64,000 bases of DNA, from contig CAWDTA010000001.1 of assembly GCA_963805085.1 (NCBI GenBank), positions 32,001-96,000 on the forward strand, read 5' to 3'. The notes below the pieces were generated by a model. That model saw only the letters and a program-made list of their open reading frames with translations, was not told the origin of the DNA and did no database searches. Below are positions 9,381 through 19,212 of this stretch, piece by piece. A program made the translations under genes and the position numbers. Each line of letters begins with the position of its first letter. Position 1 is the first letter of the stretch. This stretch comes from an uncultured Veillonellaceae bacterium (GTDB lineage: Bacteria > Bacillota > Negativicutes > JARBTT01).

Positions 9381-10571
9381 ATGAGCGAGAATTGTAATCA
9401 GAATTGTAATAGCTGTACTGATGAGTGTGCGGAAAGAAAGACAGATCTTTTTGAAAAGCCGCATGAGCTGAGTTGCATTAAAAAAGTGATTGGTATTGTG
9501 AGCGGCAAAGGTGGCGTTGGTAAATCTCTGGTGACTTCTATGCTTGCTGTGACCATGAATCGCAGAGGTCATAACGCAGCAATTTTGGATGCGGATGTGA
9601 CAGGACCGTCTATTCCAAGAGTTTTTGGAGTTACAGATAAAATTAGTGGTGGCGAACTGGGGGCATATCCGGTAAAAAGCGATAGCGGTATTGATATTAT
9701 GTCGGTTAACTTGTTTTTGGAAGATGATACGGACCCTGTAGTATGGCGTGGTCCAATAATTTCGAATACGGTTAAACAGTTCTGGACGGATATCATATGG
9801 GATAATGTTGATTTTATGTTCATTGATATGCCGCCGGGAACAGGGGATGTCCCGCTTACTGTATTTCAGTCTATAAAAATGGATGGAATCATTATTGTGG
9901 CTTCACCGCAAGACCTGGTTTCAATGATTGTATCTAAAGCGGTCAAGATGGCTAAAATGATGAATGTACCGATTATCGGATTGGTTGAAAATATGGCGTA
10001 TTTTAAGTGCCCGGGCTGTGAGCAGGAATATAAAATATTTGGCGATAGCCATATAGATGAAATTGCTCAAAAATACAACCTTGATGTTCTAGCCAGGATA
10101 CCGATTGATCCTAAACTTGCAGCAGCCTGTGATAAAGGGGCGATTGAGCTGTTTGATGGTATCTGGTTTGATCATATAGCTAAAATATTAGAAAAAAACG
10201 GGGGTAAGACAATGAAAATTGCGGTAGCGAGTGAAAATGAAATGGTAACAGAACATTTTGGACATTGTGTAAACTTTAATATTTTTGAAGCGGAAAACAA
10301 TAAAATTATTAAAAGTGAATCCATAGTAAATCCAGGACATAAGCCAGGATTTTTGCCAAACTTCTTGAATGACATGGCAGTTAATGTCATTATTTCTGGT
10401 GGCATGGGTCAAGGTGCTATTGATATTTTCAATGAAAAAGGCATTGAAGTTATTACCGGTGCATCAGGTAATGCTGATGCAGCTGCTAATAGTTATTTAG
10501 AGGGAAAACTTATTTCAACAGGATCAGTTTGCCATGAACATCAACATCATGATGAATGCGGTGGTCACTAA
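9381..10571 (+). CDS. Mrp/NBP35 Fe-S cluster carrier ATPase fused to a C-terminal NifB/NifX domain
   Basis: N-terminal Cys cluster, SGKGGVGKS, WRGP, DMPPGTGD, ENM..CPGC; then MKIAVAS..EHFGHC..GGMG. Confidence 0.9.
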   Translation: MSENCNQNCNSCTDECAERKTDLFEKPHELSCIKKVIGIVSGKGGVGKSLVTSMLAVTMNRRGHNAAILDADVTGPSIPRVFGVTDKISGGELGAYPVKSDSGIDIMSVNLFLEDDTDPVVWRGPIISNTVKQFWTDIIWDNVDFMFIDMPPGTGDVPLTVFQSIKMDGIIIVASPQDLVSMIVSKAVKMAKMMNVPIIGLVENMAYFKCPGCEQEYKIFGDSHIDEIAQKYNLDVLARIPIDPKLAAACDKGAIELFDGIWFDHIAKILEKNGGKTMKIAVASENEMVTEHFGHCVNFNIFEAENNKIIKSESIVNPGHKPGFLPNFLNDMAVNVIISGGMGQGAIDIFNEKGIEVITGASGNADAAANSYLEGKLISTGSVCHEHQHHDECGGH

Positions 10572-10603
10572 ATAAAGATCTTTTAGATATGGAATATTAG
10601 AAG

Positions 10604-10648
10604 AAATATTAGCCATAAAAGAGAAAAACTTTTATGGCTAATATTTTA
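10604..10648 (+). terminator. Hairpin / probable terminator
   Basis: aaatattagccataaaa...ttttatggctaatattt inverted repeat. Confidence 0.65.
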
Positions 10649-10747
10649 TGGTTTTGGCAAAAAATGTTTGGAATGTCCAGAAGTTATTAGTCCTCGAACA
10701 CAAAAGCTTTTTGTCCATTTATAAACTGATAGCGGAGCTGTTATATT

Positions 10748-11341
10748 TTGAAATGTGCAAAATGTACTCATAGAAAATGTTATATTGAAGGGCAAAACTG
10801 CACTAAAATTAGATTTAAAGATGTTAAAGAAGCTTATGTAGGAGAGCTTTTAGATATTATGAAGGCTGCTGCCTGCACTGAAGGTCGCTTTTATAACGAT
10901 CTTACCCGGTTAGAAGAAACGGTAGAGTTTTGCAAAAAGATGTGCTACAAGAAAATTGGCATGGCTTTTTGCATCGGTCTTAACCAAGAAGCTAAGTTAA
11001 TTGAGGAATATTTCTCAAAATTCTTTGAGGTCTATTCTGTTTGTTGCAAGGTTTGTGGTGTAGAAAAAGAAAACCTCAGTTTAGAGCAGATTAAAACTGG
11101 GACGCGTGAAGCTATGTGTAACCCTTTAATGCAAGCGAAAATACTCAAAGAAAAAGAAGTTGAATTTTGTGTTACCGTAGGTCTATGTGTAGGGCATGAT
11201 GCTTTATTTACAGGCGCATGTACGGCACCAACATCTTGCTTGGTGGCGAAAGACAGAGTACTGGCGCATAATCCGCTGGGGGCAGTTTACTCACGCTATT
11301 GGCGGAAAAAGCTTGGAATCAATCCGAAGGATCAAGTTTAA
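10748..11341 (+). CDS. DUF1847 family Cys-rich metal-binding protein
   Basis: TRLEE, IGMAFCIGL, CCKVCG, MCNP, GLCVGHD, KDRVLAHNP. Confidence 0.85.
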   Translation: MKCAKCTHRKCYIEGQNCTKIRFKDVKEAYVGELLDIMKAAACTEGRFYNDLTRLEETVEFCKKMCYKKIGMAFCIGLNQEAKLIEEYFSKFFEVYSVCCKVCGVEKENLSLEQIKTGTREAMCNPLMQAKILKEKEVEFCVTVGLCVGHDALFTGACTAPTSCLVAKDRVLAHNPLGAVYSRYWRKKLGINPKDQV

Positions 11342-11424
11342 TATGGATAATAACTCTGATGAATTTAATCAAATTGTAGAGATATTGATTAGACTTAATT
11401 ACCAATTGAAAGGATGATACGTGT

Positions 11425-12003
11425 ATGGTTCATAAATTTAATCCAGAAAGCAAGCATAAGCTTGATAACCCAGAACGGCGCAAACTTCTTCCACCGGAAG
11501 AAACTTTGTGTCATCTAGGATTAGCAGAAGGTGATATTATGGCAGATATCGGCTGTGGTATTGGCTATTTTACGTTGCCGGCTGCGCGGATTGTTGGTAG
11601 TCAGGGGAAAGTATATGGTCTAGATATTTTGGCAGAAATGCTTGAAATAGTAGAGGATAAGGCTAGAAATAAACATCTAGCGAATGTAGAAACTGTACAA
11701 GTAAAAGAAAATGAATTTATGTTGGCTGACAAAACCATACAATATGTATTAGCTTGTTTGGTTACGCATGAGGTCGAGGACACGTTTGCTTTTTTTCGGG
11801 AAGTGCACAGAATGCTGGAGGCCGAAGGTAAACTGGCAATTATTGAGTGGATTAAACAAGATAGTAAAATGGGACCACCGATAGAACATAGATTAAATAA
11901 TGAAGCAGTGGCAGAGGTTTTACAACAGTGCGGGTACACCAATATTGAGTATATTGTTCTCAATGCTGAAATGTATGCAGTGATAGCTAAACGTGCAAAA
12001 TAA
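11425..12003 (+). CDS. Class I SAM-dependent methyltransferase
   Basis: ADIGCGIGYF motif I; GPPIEHR. Confidence 0.85.
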   Translation: MVHKFNPESKHKLDNPERRKLLPPEETLCHLGLAEGDIMADIGCGIGYFTLPAARIVGSQGKVYGLDILAEMLEIVEDKARNKHLANVETVQVKENEFMLADKTIQYVLACLVTHEVEDTFAFFREVHRMLEAEGKLAIIEWIKQDSKMGPPIEHRLNNEAVAEVLQQCGYTNIEYIVLNAEMYAVIAKRAK

Positions 12004-12023
12004 ACAAACAAGGAGTGATTGTA

Positions 12024-12212
12024 ATGGCTGTTGCCTATGTAATTAAAGAAAAATGTCCACAAAATCATGCATGCCCTGCGTTGCCACATTGTCCAACGCA
12101 AGCCATTGTTCAGCAGGGATATCAGGCTCCGGGAGTAATAGCAGAAAAATGTATTGCTTGCGGAAAATGTGTTAAAATATGTCCTAAAGAAGCATTACAA
12201 TTTCAAAAATAA
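12024..12212 (+). CDS. Small ferredoxin-like 4Fe-4S protein
   Basis: CPQNHACP..CP and CIACGKCVKICP; AGGAG RBS. Confidence 0.85.
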   Translation: MAVAYVIKEKCPQNHACPALPHCPTQAIVQQGYQAPGVIAEKCIACGKCVKICPKEALQFQK

Positions 12213-12476
12213 TAGCTTATGGCAAGATCATGTTTATAGCTTCAGGGATACGTACAACCTGTAAAAGATGCTATTGTAGGGAAAATGTAAATAATAATTT
12301 TTTTAGAAAGTTTGAGCCGTGAAGTTATAACAAATGCTTCTGGTCAAGCTTTCTTTTAGTTTTACAGTTGCCTATTAACTGTATTTAAAAAGCACCTTGC
12401 GTTTTGCAATACATTATATTATAATATGATAAAAATCTAATATATGAATAAATTATAGTAAAAGGGGAATTTGCTT

Positions 12477-12569
12477 ATGCATAACAATCACGACCACAGT
12501 CATAGTCATACTCATGGACTGCAGCGAGAAGGAAATAGAAAAAGTTTGACCATCGCGATGGTCTTTTGA
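12477..12569 (+). pseudogene. 5' remnant of a CDF (CzcD-like) transporter
   Basis: RBS plus MHNNHDHSHSHTHGLQREGNRKSLTIAMVF*: His-rich CDF N-terminus truncated in TM1. Confidence 0.6.
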
Positions 12570-12757
12570 TAAAAGTGATTGGGGATGCCAAGGTGGGGGA
12601 TACACTTTCGAGGCAGTACAAAAAGCTGGTAAAGAGGATTGAGGTGTAGCATCAATCGATTTTGTTTATCATGCTTTTAATTAAAAAATAAAAAATTTTG
12701 TTTATTTGATCTCAAATTGCAGTCATGTAGGCAACTTTAATTCATGGAGGGATTCAT

Positions 12758-13705
12758 ATGTTACAAGAATTTGCTGATCTTTTAGTCTATCAATGGTTAG
12801 GACTAGTGAAAGGAACTACGTTAGGTGAAGCACTTAACTTTTTTGTCTATGACAGTATAAAAATCTTTTTGATGCTGACGATTATTATTTTTGGTGTATC
12901 TATACTGCGTTCGTATTTTCCGGCAGAACGGACGAAGAAAATTTTAAGTCACAAGCGTGAGTTTTATGGAAATATTGTGGCTGCGTTACTTGGGATCGTT
13001 ACACCATTTTGCTCCTGCTCGGCTGTACCAGTATTCATCGGTTTCATTGAATCAGGTGTACCGCTTGGCATTACCTTTTCCTTTTTAATTTCTTCGCCGA
13101 TGGTCAATGAGGTAGCAGTTGTTATGTTATGGGGGTTATTAGGATGGAAAATTACAGCTATTTATATCTCTTCCGGTGTTATCATTGCCATTATTGCTGG
13201 ATATCTAATTGGTAAATTTAAATTGGAGCATTTAGTGCAAGATTATGTGTATGAGATGAAAGTTGGCGATACTGAGATTGTTGATCAGTCCATTACTGAA
13301 CGTTTGCAGTATGCACGTGATTATACGAAAGAAATCTTAAAAAAAGTATGGATCTATGTCATCGTTGCCATTGCACTTGGTGGCTTTATCCATGGTTATG
13401 CACCAGAAGATTTTTTAGTTGAATATGCAGGTAAAGATAATATATGGGCAGTACCAATGGCAGTATTAATTGGAGTACCTTTGTATTCTAATGCGGCTGG
13501 CGTGATACCGATTGTTACAGCTTTAATTCAGAAAGGTATGAGCTTAGGAACAGCACTTGCTTTTATGATGGCAGTAACTGCTTTGAGTTTTCCAGAAATG
13601 ATTATTCTGCGCAATGTATTAAAACCAAAATTGATTGCAATTTTCATTGCTATTTTGGCGGTATCTATTATCTTTACAGGATATCTTTTTAATATTATAA
13701 TTTAA
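12758..13705 (+). CDS. arsP: ArsP/DUF318 family permease
   Basis: TPFCSCSAVP, SSPMVNE, GVPLYSNA, LSFPEMIIL. Confidence 0.85.
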   Translation: MLQEFADLLVYQWLGLVKGTTLGEALNFFVYDSIKIFLMLTIIIFGVSILRSYFPAERTKKILSHKREFYGNIVAALLGIVTPFCSCSAVPVFIGFIESGVPLGITFSFLISSPMVNEVAVVMLWGLLGWKITAIYISSGVIIAIIAGYLIGKFKLEHLVQDYVYEMKVGDTEIVDQSITERLQYARDYTKEILKKVWIYVIVAIALGGFIHGYAPEDFLVEYAGKDNIWAVPMAVLIGVPLYSNAAGVIPIVTALIQKGMSLGTALAFMMAVTALSFPEMIILRNVLKPKLIAIFIAILAVSIIFTGYLFNIII

Positions 13706-13773
13706 TCATATTATAATATTAGCCTAATAGAGATGAACAATTTGAAGCAATTTTAAAATAGGAGGTTGGCGCT

Positions 13774-14097
13774 ATGGCAGAAGATATTGTGAACAAGTTG
13801 ACAGCAGAGTTATTTAAAACATTAGGCCATCCGGTACGCATTAAAATACTTAGTATATTAAGAAACGGTGAACGGTGTGTATGTGAGATGATCGAAGAAA
13901 TTGATATTGAACAGTCGAATTTTTCACAGCACTTGGGTGTATTAAAAAAGCAAGGTTTAATTGATTCACGCAAGGATGGTCAAAAAGTCATTTATTCGAT
14001 ATCATATCCATCGGTAACACAATTGATTGAGGCAGCTGAAAAAACTCTAAGCGAACAAATAGGGCACAGTCAAAGTTTGCTGAAATTTTTAAAGTAA
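13774..14097 (+). CDS. ArsR/SmtB family regulator
   Basis: FKTLGHPVRIKIL, ERCVCEM, SNFSQHL. Confidence 0.92.
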   Translation: MAEDIVNKLTAELFKTLGHPVRIKILSILRNGERCVCEMIEEIDIEQSNFSQHLGVLKKQGLIDSRKDGQKVIYSISYPSVTQLIEAAEKTLSEQIGHSQSLLKFLK

Positions 14098-14153
14098 AAA
14101 GGATATCTAGGCTTTAGTCCATAATAAAAAAATAACTAGTTGGAGGGTATATA

Positions 14154-14384
14154 ATGAAAATTGAAATTTTAGGTATGGGTTGTCAAAAATGTAATGCGTT
14201 AGATAACGCTGTAAAACAGGCATCAAAAGAACTTGGAATTGACGCTGAATTTGTCAAAGTAGAAGACATTAAAGAGATTATGAAGTACGGTGTCATGACT
14301 ACACCGGCGCTAGTGGTCGATGGTGTAGTTAAGGTTAGCGGTAAAATACCTAGTATAGAAGAAATTAAAGTACTATTAAAATAG
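14154..14384 (+). CDS. MTH895-type small thioredoxin-like disulfide protein
   Basis: GMGCQKC, YGVMTTPALVVDG. Confidence 0.9.
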   Translation: MKIEILGMGCQKCNALDNAVKQASKELGIDAEFVKVEDIKEIMKYGVMTTPALVVDGVVKVSGKIPSIEEIKVLLK

Positions 14385-14468
14385 AAATTTTAGATACTTT
14401 CATATAAGTAGTGAACAGAAAAGCATCTTCAAGTACAGAATTATGATATTATATAGAAGAAAATTTTT

Positions 14469-14629
14469 CAAAATACACTAGACTTATTCAAGTTATGTTC
14501 AAACTATTTTAAACAACTATAAAATATACTATCATTATGTTCAAACTTTTATAAACGAAATGATAGTATGTTGCCCTTAAAAGGGTATAATTCATGTAGG
14601 TTCTGTTCAAACTTTTTTACAACGTTACA
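14469..14629 (-). mobile_element. Tn7-like left-end relic (complete; terminus ...ACA at 14629)
   Basis: Three 18-bp repeats TGTTCAAACTWTTWWAMA at 14496, 14538 and 14604, then an 8-bp terminus acgttaca (TGTAACGT on the minus strand); homologous copies elsewhere in the window. Confidence 0.7.
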
Positions 14630-14654
14630 CTTGGGATATAACTATCTCAAGAGG
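14630..14654 (+). repeat. Displaced copy of the distal part of the glmS terminator
   Basis: cttgggatataactatctcaagagg vs cttgggatatactatctcaagagg at 1450-1473 (1-nt indel). Confidence 0.85.
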
Positions 14655-14783
14655 TAGTTTTATTTGATATGCGGCAGTAATTCGTGTGAAAAATAAGAAT
14701 ATTGTTCATTAATTTATATGAGTAATTAATCTGTTTTCAGGAAATGTTTTTCAGTAGCATACAAACATAGCATGCTTCAAAGT

Positions 14784-14849
14784 TCTAAAGGTATAAAAAA
14801 GTTTGACCAGCATTAAATATGTTTGAACACGAATAAAAAAGATTGAACA
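14784..14849 (+). mobile_element. Degenerate Tn7-like right end
   Basis: tctaaagg (TGT->TCT) followed by three inverted 18-bp sites at ~20-bp spacing: tataaaaaagtttgacca, attaaatatgtttgaaca, aataaaaaagattgaaca. Confidence 0.55.
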
Positions 14850-14900
14850 AAATAATTACTTCCATTATATTAAACTTCTTTTAATTCCACTAAAGTAAAA

Positions 14901-14987
14901 GAGTATTTAAATAAGTTCAGGCAAGGCCGAGATGAGATAGAAGAAAGAGTCAAAGCGTGGGTGTCTGAATATCGTAGGAGCCTGTAA
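14901..14987 (+). pseudogene. arsC: 3' remnant of a thioredoxin-dependent arsenate reductase
   Basis: EYLNKFRQGRDEIEERVKAWVSEYRRSL* matches the LMW-PTP-type ArsC C-terminal helix (FRxxRDEI); no 5' part. Confidence 0.65.
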
Positions 14988-15155
14988 GTCCTTTATGAAC
15001 ATCTAATATTGACGACATAAGATGAATGATATATGATTAAAATTGAATATAGTAATAGAATAATTGCATATTATGATATATTAGAGATTGTTCATCTTTG
15101 CTGGGGTAAGTTGCACTAGATGACGGATAGAAAGATTTAGAATTAAGAGGTGGAA

Positions 15156-15521
15156 ATGATGGATATTGTAGAAGTTCTTAAAGCCTTGTCGGATGAAACA
15201 AGAATTCGGATTTTGAACGTATTATACAAAGAAACTTTATGTGTGTGTGATCTAGAAGAAATCTTAGAACTTAGCCAGTCTAATGCCTCAAGGCATCTAA
15301 TAAAATTAAAAAGTGCCAAATTGATTACTAGTGAAAAGCAAGCGCAGTGGGTATATTATCGGGTTGATGAAAAAATACTTGAGAAATATTCTTTTGTAAA
15401 TGAGCTTTTGGCAAAGGAACTGGATAAAAGTCCACAATGCAAAAAAGATTTTGCGCGAATGAAGAAGTACAAAGATCTTGGTGGGAATTGCGAGAACTCA
15501 ATCAAAATTAATAACGAGTAA
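15156..15521 (+). CDS. arsR: ArsR family regulator
   Basis: LKALSDETRIRIL, LCVCDL, SNASRHL; upstream of acr3. Confidence 0.9.
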   Translation: MMDIVEVLKALSDETRIRILNVLYKETLCVCDLEEILELSQSNASRHLIKLKSAKLITSEKQAQWVYYRVDEKILEKYSFVNELLAKELDKSPQCKKDFARMKKYKDLGGNCENSIKINNE

Positions 15522-15606
15522 AAAGTTTAATCAACAAATGAATAAATTCATTTATAGGCATATAATAAAAAGGTGATGCCTATTTAAAATAATGGAGGTA
15601 TGCAAA

Positions 15607-16689
15607 ATGGTAAATGAGAATACACAAACTCCTCAGAAAAAATTATCTTTTTTAGATCGATTTTTAACTCTGTGGATTTTTGTGGCAATGGCTATTGGCG
15701 TTGGGGGAGGTTATTTATTCCCTGGGGTGGCAGCCTGGCTGGAAAATTTCTCAATTGGAGCGACATCAATCCCGATTGCAATCGGTTTAATTGTAATGAT
15801 GTATCCACCATTAGCTAAAGTAAAGTATGAAGAATTAGGGAAAGTGTTTAAAAATCGCAAGGTAGTGACATTGTCGCTTATTCAGAACTGGATAATTGGC
15901 CCGGTATTGATGTTTGTGCTTGCGATCACTTTCTTGGCAGATAAACCTGATTATATGGTTGGTTTAATCCTAATCGGACTCGCACGTTGTATAGCTATGG
16001 TAATTATCTGGAATTCACTTGCTGACGGGGACAATGAATATGCGGCCGCACTGGTGGCGCTTAATTCAATTTTCCAACTGGTATTATATTCAGTGTTTGC
16101 TTATTTCTTCATTACAGTACTTCCGGGGTGGATTGGTTTTGAGGGAATGAAGATCCATGTATCTATGAAGGATGTTGCCATGAGCGTAGCAATCTATCTA
16201 GGAATTCCTTTTGTGGCTGGATTCTTAACTCGGCATTTCTTACTGCCAGCGAAAGGTCGCGAATGGTATGAAAATACTTTCATACCTAAGATTAGTCCTT
16301 TAGCGTTGATTGCTTTACTGTTCACAATTGTGGTGATGTTTTCGCTAAAAGGTGGCTATATTGTGAAGTTGCCAATGGATGTAGTAAGTATTGCGATTCC
16401 TTTGATTATTTATTTTGCAGTTATGTTCTTGGTTTCTTTTTTCATGAGCTGGCGTATAGGTGTTAATTATGAACAAACAACGACACTTTCTTTTACCGCA
16501 GCAAGTAATAATTTTGAACTTGCAATTGCGGTTGCGGTAGCTATGTTTGGTATAAATTCAGGGCAGGCATTTGCCGCAGTTATTGGACCTTTAATTGAAG
16601 TGCCGGTGATGATCGGTTTGGTTAATGTCGCTCTAGGTTTTCGAAAATATTTTGTAGCTCGTGACCAATTAAAAGAAAATGGGGAATAG
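15607..16689 (+). CDS. acr3: Acr3-family arsenite efflux transporter
   Basis: [43 protein letters not shown]. Confidence 0.95.
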   Translation: MVNENTQTPQKKLSFLDRFLTLWIFVAMAIGVGGGYLFPGVAAWLENFSIGATSIPIAIGLIVMMYPPLAKVKYEELGKVFKNRKVVTLSLIQNWIIGPVLMFVLAITFLADKPDYMVGLILIGLARCIAMVIIWNSLADGDNEYAAALVALNSIFQLVLYSVFAYFFITVLPGWIGFEGMKIHVSMKDVAMSVAIYLGIPFVAGFLTRHFLLPAKGREWYENTFIPKISPLALIALLFTIVVMFSLKGGYIVKLPMDVVSIAIPLIIYFAVMFLVSFFMSWRIGVNYEQTTTLSFTAASNNFELAIAVAVAMFGINSGQAFAAVIGPLIEVPVMIGLVNVALGFRKYFVARDQLKENGE

Positions 16690-16716
16690 AGTTAAATGAT
16701 TAAATGTTGATTATAT

Positions 16717-16797
16717 CAGGGGATGGAAGAACTTCGTGCAGAAATGAAATTGGTGTCAGAACCGCGTAATTTTTTGCAGGCAGAGAGTGTATGCTGA
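16717..16797 (+). pseudogene. Second, frameshifted arsC 3' remnant
   Basis: QGMEE ... RNEIGVRT ... RNFL across frames resembles ArsC QGTEEE..RDEIG; usual position directly after acr3. Confidence 0.4.
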
Positions 16798-16846
16798 CCG
16801 GTATAAAAAAGATATTTTGTTGCATTGAATTTTCTATATAAGTTTA

Positions 16847-16897
16847 AACAAAAGGCATATACTGAGATAATTTTTATCTCAGTATATGCCTTTTGTT
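16847..16897. terminator. Long perfect hairpin, probable bidirectional terminator
   Basis: aacaaaaggcatatactgagataa / ttatctcagtatatgccttttgtt. Confidence 0.8.
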
Positions 16898-17187
16898 CAA
16901 AAAATCATGCTATTTAAACTCATTTACGATAGCCTGACAAAGATTATTAACTAATTCAGGAAATGATTAAAAGAATGAGTTTCACATCCGTATTTTCCGT
17001 AATTCAAAATATAAATATTTTGCAATAGCCTGATGAAAAATATTTGTAGATTTGCTAAAAAATATAACAAACGCTGATTTGATAAATGTATATATTCGAG
17101 AAATTATTTATTGAACAAATAGTTTCTTAAAGAAACAGTTGCAAAACACAACTAAATATAGTAAGATGTTATCAAGAGGTGATCTTT

Positions 17188-17631
17188 ATGAAAAACTTTG
17201 ATTTTAGTCAACGTCTTAGAGAAACTACCCGATTGTTAATTCGAAATCTTGGATTTTTAGATAGGACTGAGGCAGTATGCTGTGGCATCACGTTAACCCA
17301 ATGTCATACAATCGTTGAAACGGGTAGAAGGAAGAAAATATCTGTCAATGAGCTATCAGAATTGCTCAACCTTGACAAAAGTACAGTCAGTAGAACGGTA
17401 GACCAGTTAGTGAATAATGACATTTTAGTTCGGCAATCCGATTTGAGTGACCGACGTTATGTCGTGTTACAGCTCACAGGAAAAGGTGAAGAGTTATTTG
17501 CAAACATCGAGCAGCGAGCAGAAGCATACTTTGCAGAAATTATAGATTCAATACCTGAAGAAAAGCGGGAACAGGTGATAGAAAGTTTGCAGCTTTTTTC
17601 AGAAGCAATACACAACAAACGATGTTGTTGA
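17188..17631 (+). CDS. MarR family regulator with vicinal Cys pairs (probably As-responsive)
   Basis: wHTH LDKSTVSRTV..SDRR; EAVCCG..QCH and C-terminal RCC; upstream AGTTG-N7-CAACT palindrome at 17137-17153. Confidence 0.85.
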   Translation: MKNFDFSQRLRETTRLLIRNLGFLDRTEAVCCGITLTQCHTIVETGRRKKISVNELSELLNLDKSTVSRTVDQLVNNDILVRQSDLSDRRYVVLQLTGKGEELFANIEQRAEAYFAEIIDSIPEEKREQVIESLQLFSEAIHNKRCC

Positions 17632-17687
17632 TTCATTTAGGAGGTATAATTGCTGATAAATATAAATGAATGATAGGAGGAAATAGT

Positions 17688-18923
17688 ATGACACAAGATA
17701 TTAGGGAAGATGTGAGAAAAAAATATGCACAGGCTATTACCAATAAGCTAAGTTGTTGCGGCGCTGGGGCATCTCATAATCCAATAACGGGAAACTTATA
17801 TGAATCAGATGAAATTGAGGGATTGCCTGAAGACATCGTCAAGGGATCATTCGGGTGTGGCAATCCAACAGCTCTTGCACAATTACATGCAGGGGAGATA
17901 GTCTTGGATTTAGGCAGCGGTGCTGGGCTTGATGTACTTCTTTCAGCAAAGAGAGTGGGACTCTATGGCAAAGCCTACGGGTTAGATATGACAGATGAAA
18001 TGTTAGCAGTAGCCAAAGAAAATCAGGCTCGTTCTGGAATTACTAATGTAGAATTTTTAAAAGGTCACATAGAAGCCATTCCATTATTAGATAATACAAT
18101 CGATGTAATTATCTCTAATTGTGTTATTAATCTTTCAGGTGACAAAGATAAAGTGTTACAGGAAGGGTATCGTGTGCTAAAACCTGGTGGTAGGTTAGCA
18201 ATATCGGATATTGTATTAACTCGTGCCTTGCCTCCAAGTGTACAAAAAAATCTAACCGCTTGGGCAGGATGTATAGCTGGGGCACTACTTGAAGAAGAAT
18301 ACAAGGAAAAACTTATTTCTGCCGGATTTACAAATATAGAAATAGTACGAACACGGACGTATGAGTTTAGCAAAGAACAAGCAGATGTACTTTTAGCTGA
18401 CCTGTCAGAAACGGAAAGAAAAGATTTAAGTGGTGGTTTAGTAAGTGCTTTTATTCGTGCTAAAAAGCCAGCTGATATGCTTGTCGTAGATGAGGGGTAT
18501 ACGATTCGCACTGCTAAAGACTCTGACTTATCTGCGATTGATAAACTTCTGTCAGAGAACGGATTAACAACCTCTGGTGTACGCGAAAATTTATCGAATT
18601 TTTTAGTAGCTGAATGTGGAGATATTGTAGGCGTTATTGGAATCGAATTTGCTGGACATGGAGTAATGCTAAGATCAATGGCAATTTCCCAAGAGTTAAG
18701 GAAACGTGGTATAGGGGCAACCTTATTTAATCGTTGTCTAGAAATAGTACGTGCTGCAGGGATAAAAGATGCATATCTTTTAACGAATACAGCAGAAAAA
18801 TTTGTAGCTCGTTGGGGATTTCATAAGATACAACGATCAGAAATACCAGCTGACCTTATGCAAAGTTCAACGCTAAATAGTTTTTGCCCGGCATCAAGCA
18901 TTTGCATGAAATTAGAATTATAA
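17688..18923 (+). CDS. arsM: Arsenite methyltransferase fused to an ArsN2-like GNAT acetyltransferase
   Basis: [31 protein letters not shown]; C-terminal GNAT with [24 protein letters not shown]. Confidence 0.88.
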   Translation: MTQDIREDVRKKYAQAITNKLSCCGAGASHNPITGNLYESDEIEGLPEDIVKGSFGCGNPTALAQLHAGEIVLDLGSGAGLDVLLSAKRVGLYGKAYGLDMTDEMLAVAKENQARSGITNVEFLKGHIEAIPLLDNTIDVIISNCVINLSGDKDKVLQEGYRVLKPGGRLAISDIVLTRALPPSVQKNLTAWAGCIAGALLEEEYKEKLISAGFTNIEIVRTRTYEFSKEQADVLLADLSETERKDLSGGLVSAFIRAKKPADMLVVDEGYTIRTAKDSDLSAIDKLLSENGLTTSGVRENLSNFLVAECGDIVGVIGIEFAGHGVMLRSMAISQELRKRGIGATLFNRCLEIVRAAGIKDAYLLTNTAEKFVARWGFHKIQRSEIPADLMQSSTLNSFCPASSICMKLEL

Positions 18924-19056
18924 AAGAGCTTCTCAAAAAGGAGAACAGTCTATTTTATTTACTGCTTGCAGTATGATATGTACAGCTATTTTATAATAAA
19001 GTAAAGATAAAAAGAAGCCGGGATGAGATTATCCAAAAATCTGTGTAAACATTTAT

Positions 19057-19087
19057 GTTGACCTTTTGAATATATAATTGCTATAAT
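19057..19087 (+). promoter_or_regulatory. Sigma-A promoter
   Basis: TTGACC-N18-TATAAT just upstream of the fluoride riboswitch. Confidence 0.6.
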
Positions 19088-19106
19088 ATATACATATAAT
19101 AATATA

Positions 19107-19184
19107 GGCGATGGAGTTCGCCATTAAGTCCGTTTTATAGCGGTGATGACTCCTACTAGTACACTTTACTAGTAGGAGTCTTTT
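19107..19184 (+). ncRNA. Fluoride (crcB) riboswitch with terminator
   Basis: GGCGATGGAGTTCGCC...GATGACTCCTAC consensus; overlapping terminator gactcctactagt/actagtaggagtc-tttt; crcB downstream. Confidence 0.95.
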
Positions 19185-19212
19185 GTTTTTTAACAGAGAG
19201 AGGAGAGATATT

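Noticed and set aside
12214-12290. Possible small gene remnant after the ferredoxin
   Set aside because: No recognisable motif in any frame
14568-14595. Possible dif/Xer-like 11-6-11 site inside the repeated end, with a look-alike at 19054-19080
   Set aside because: Arms lack dyad symmetry and similarity to known dif sites; the 19 kb look-alike is explained by a sigma-A promoter
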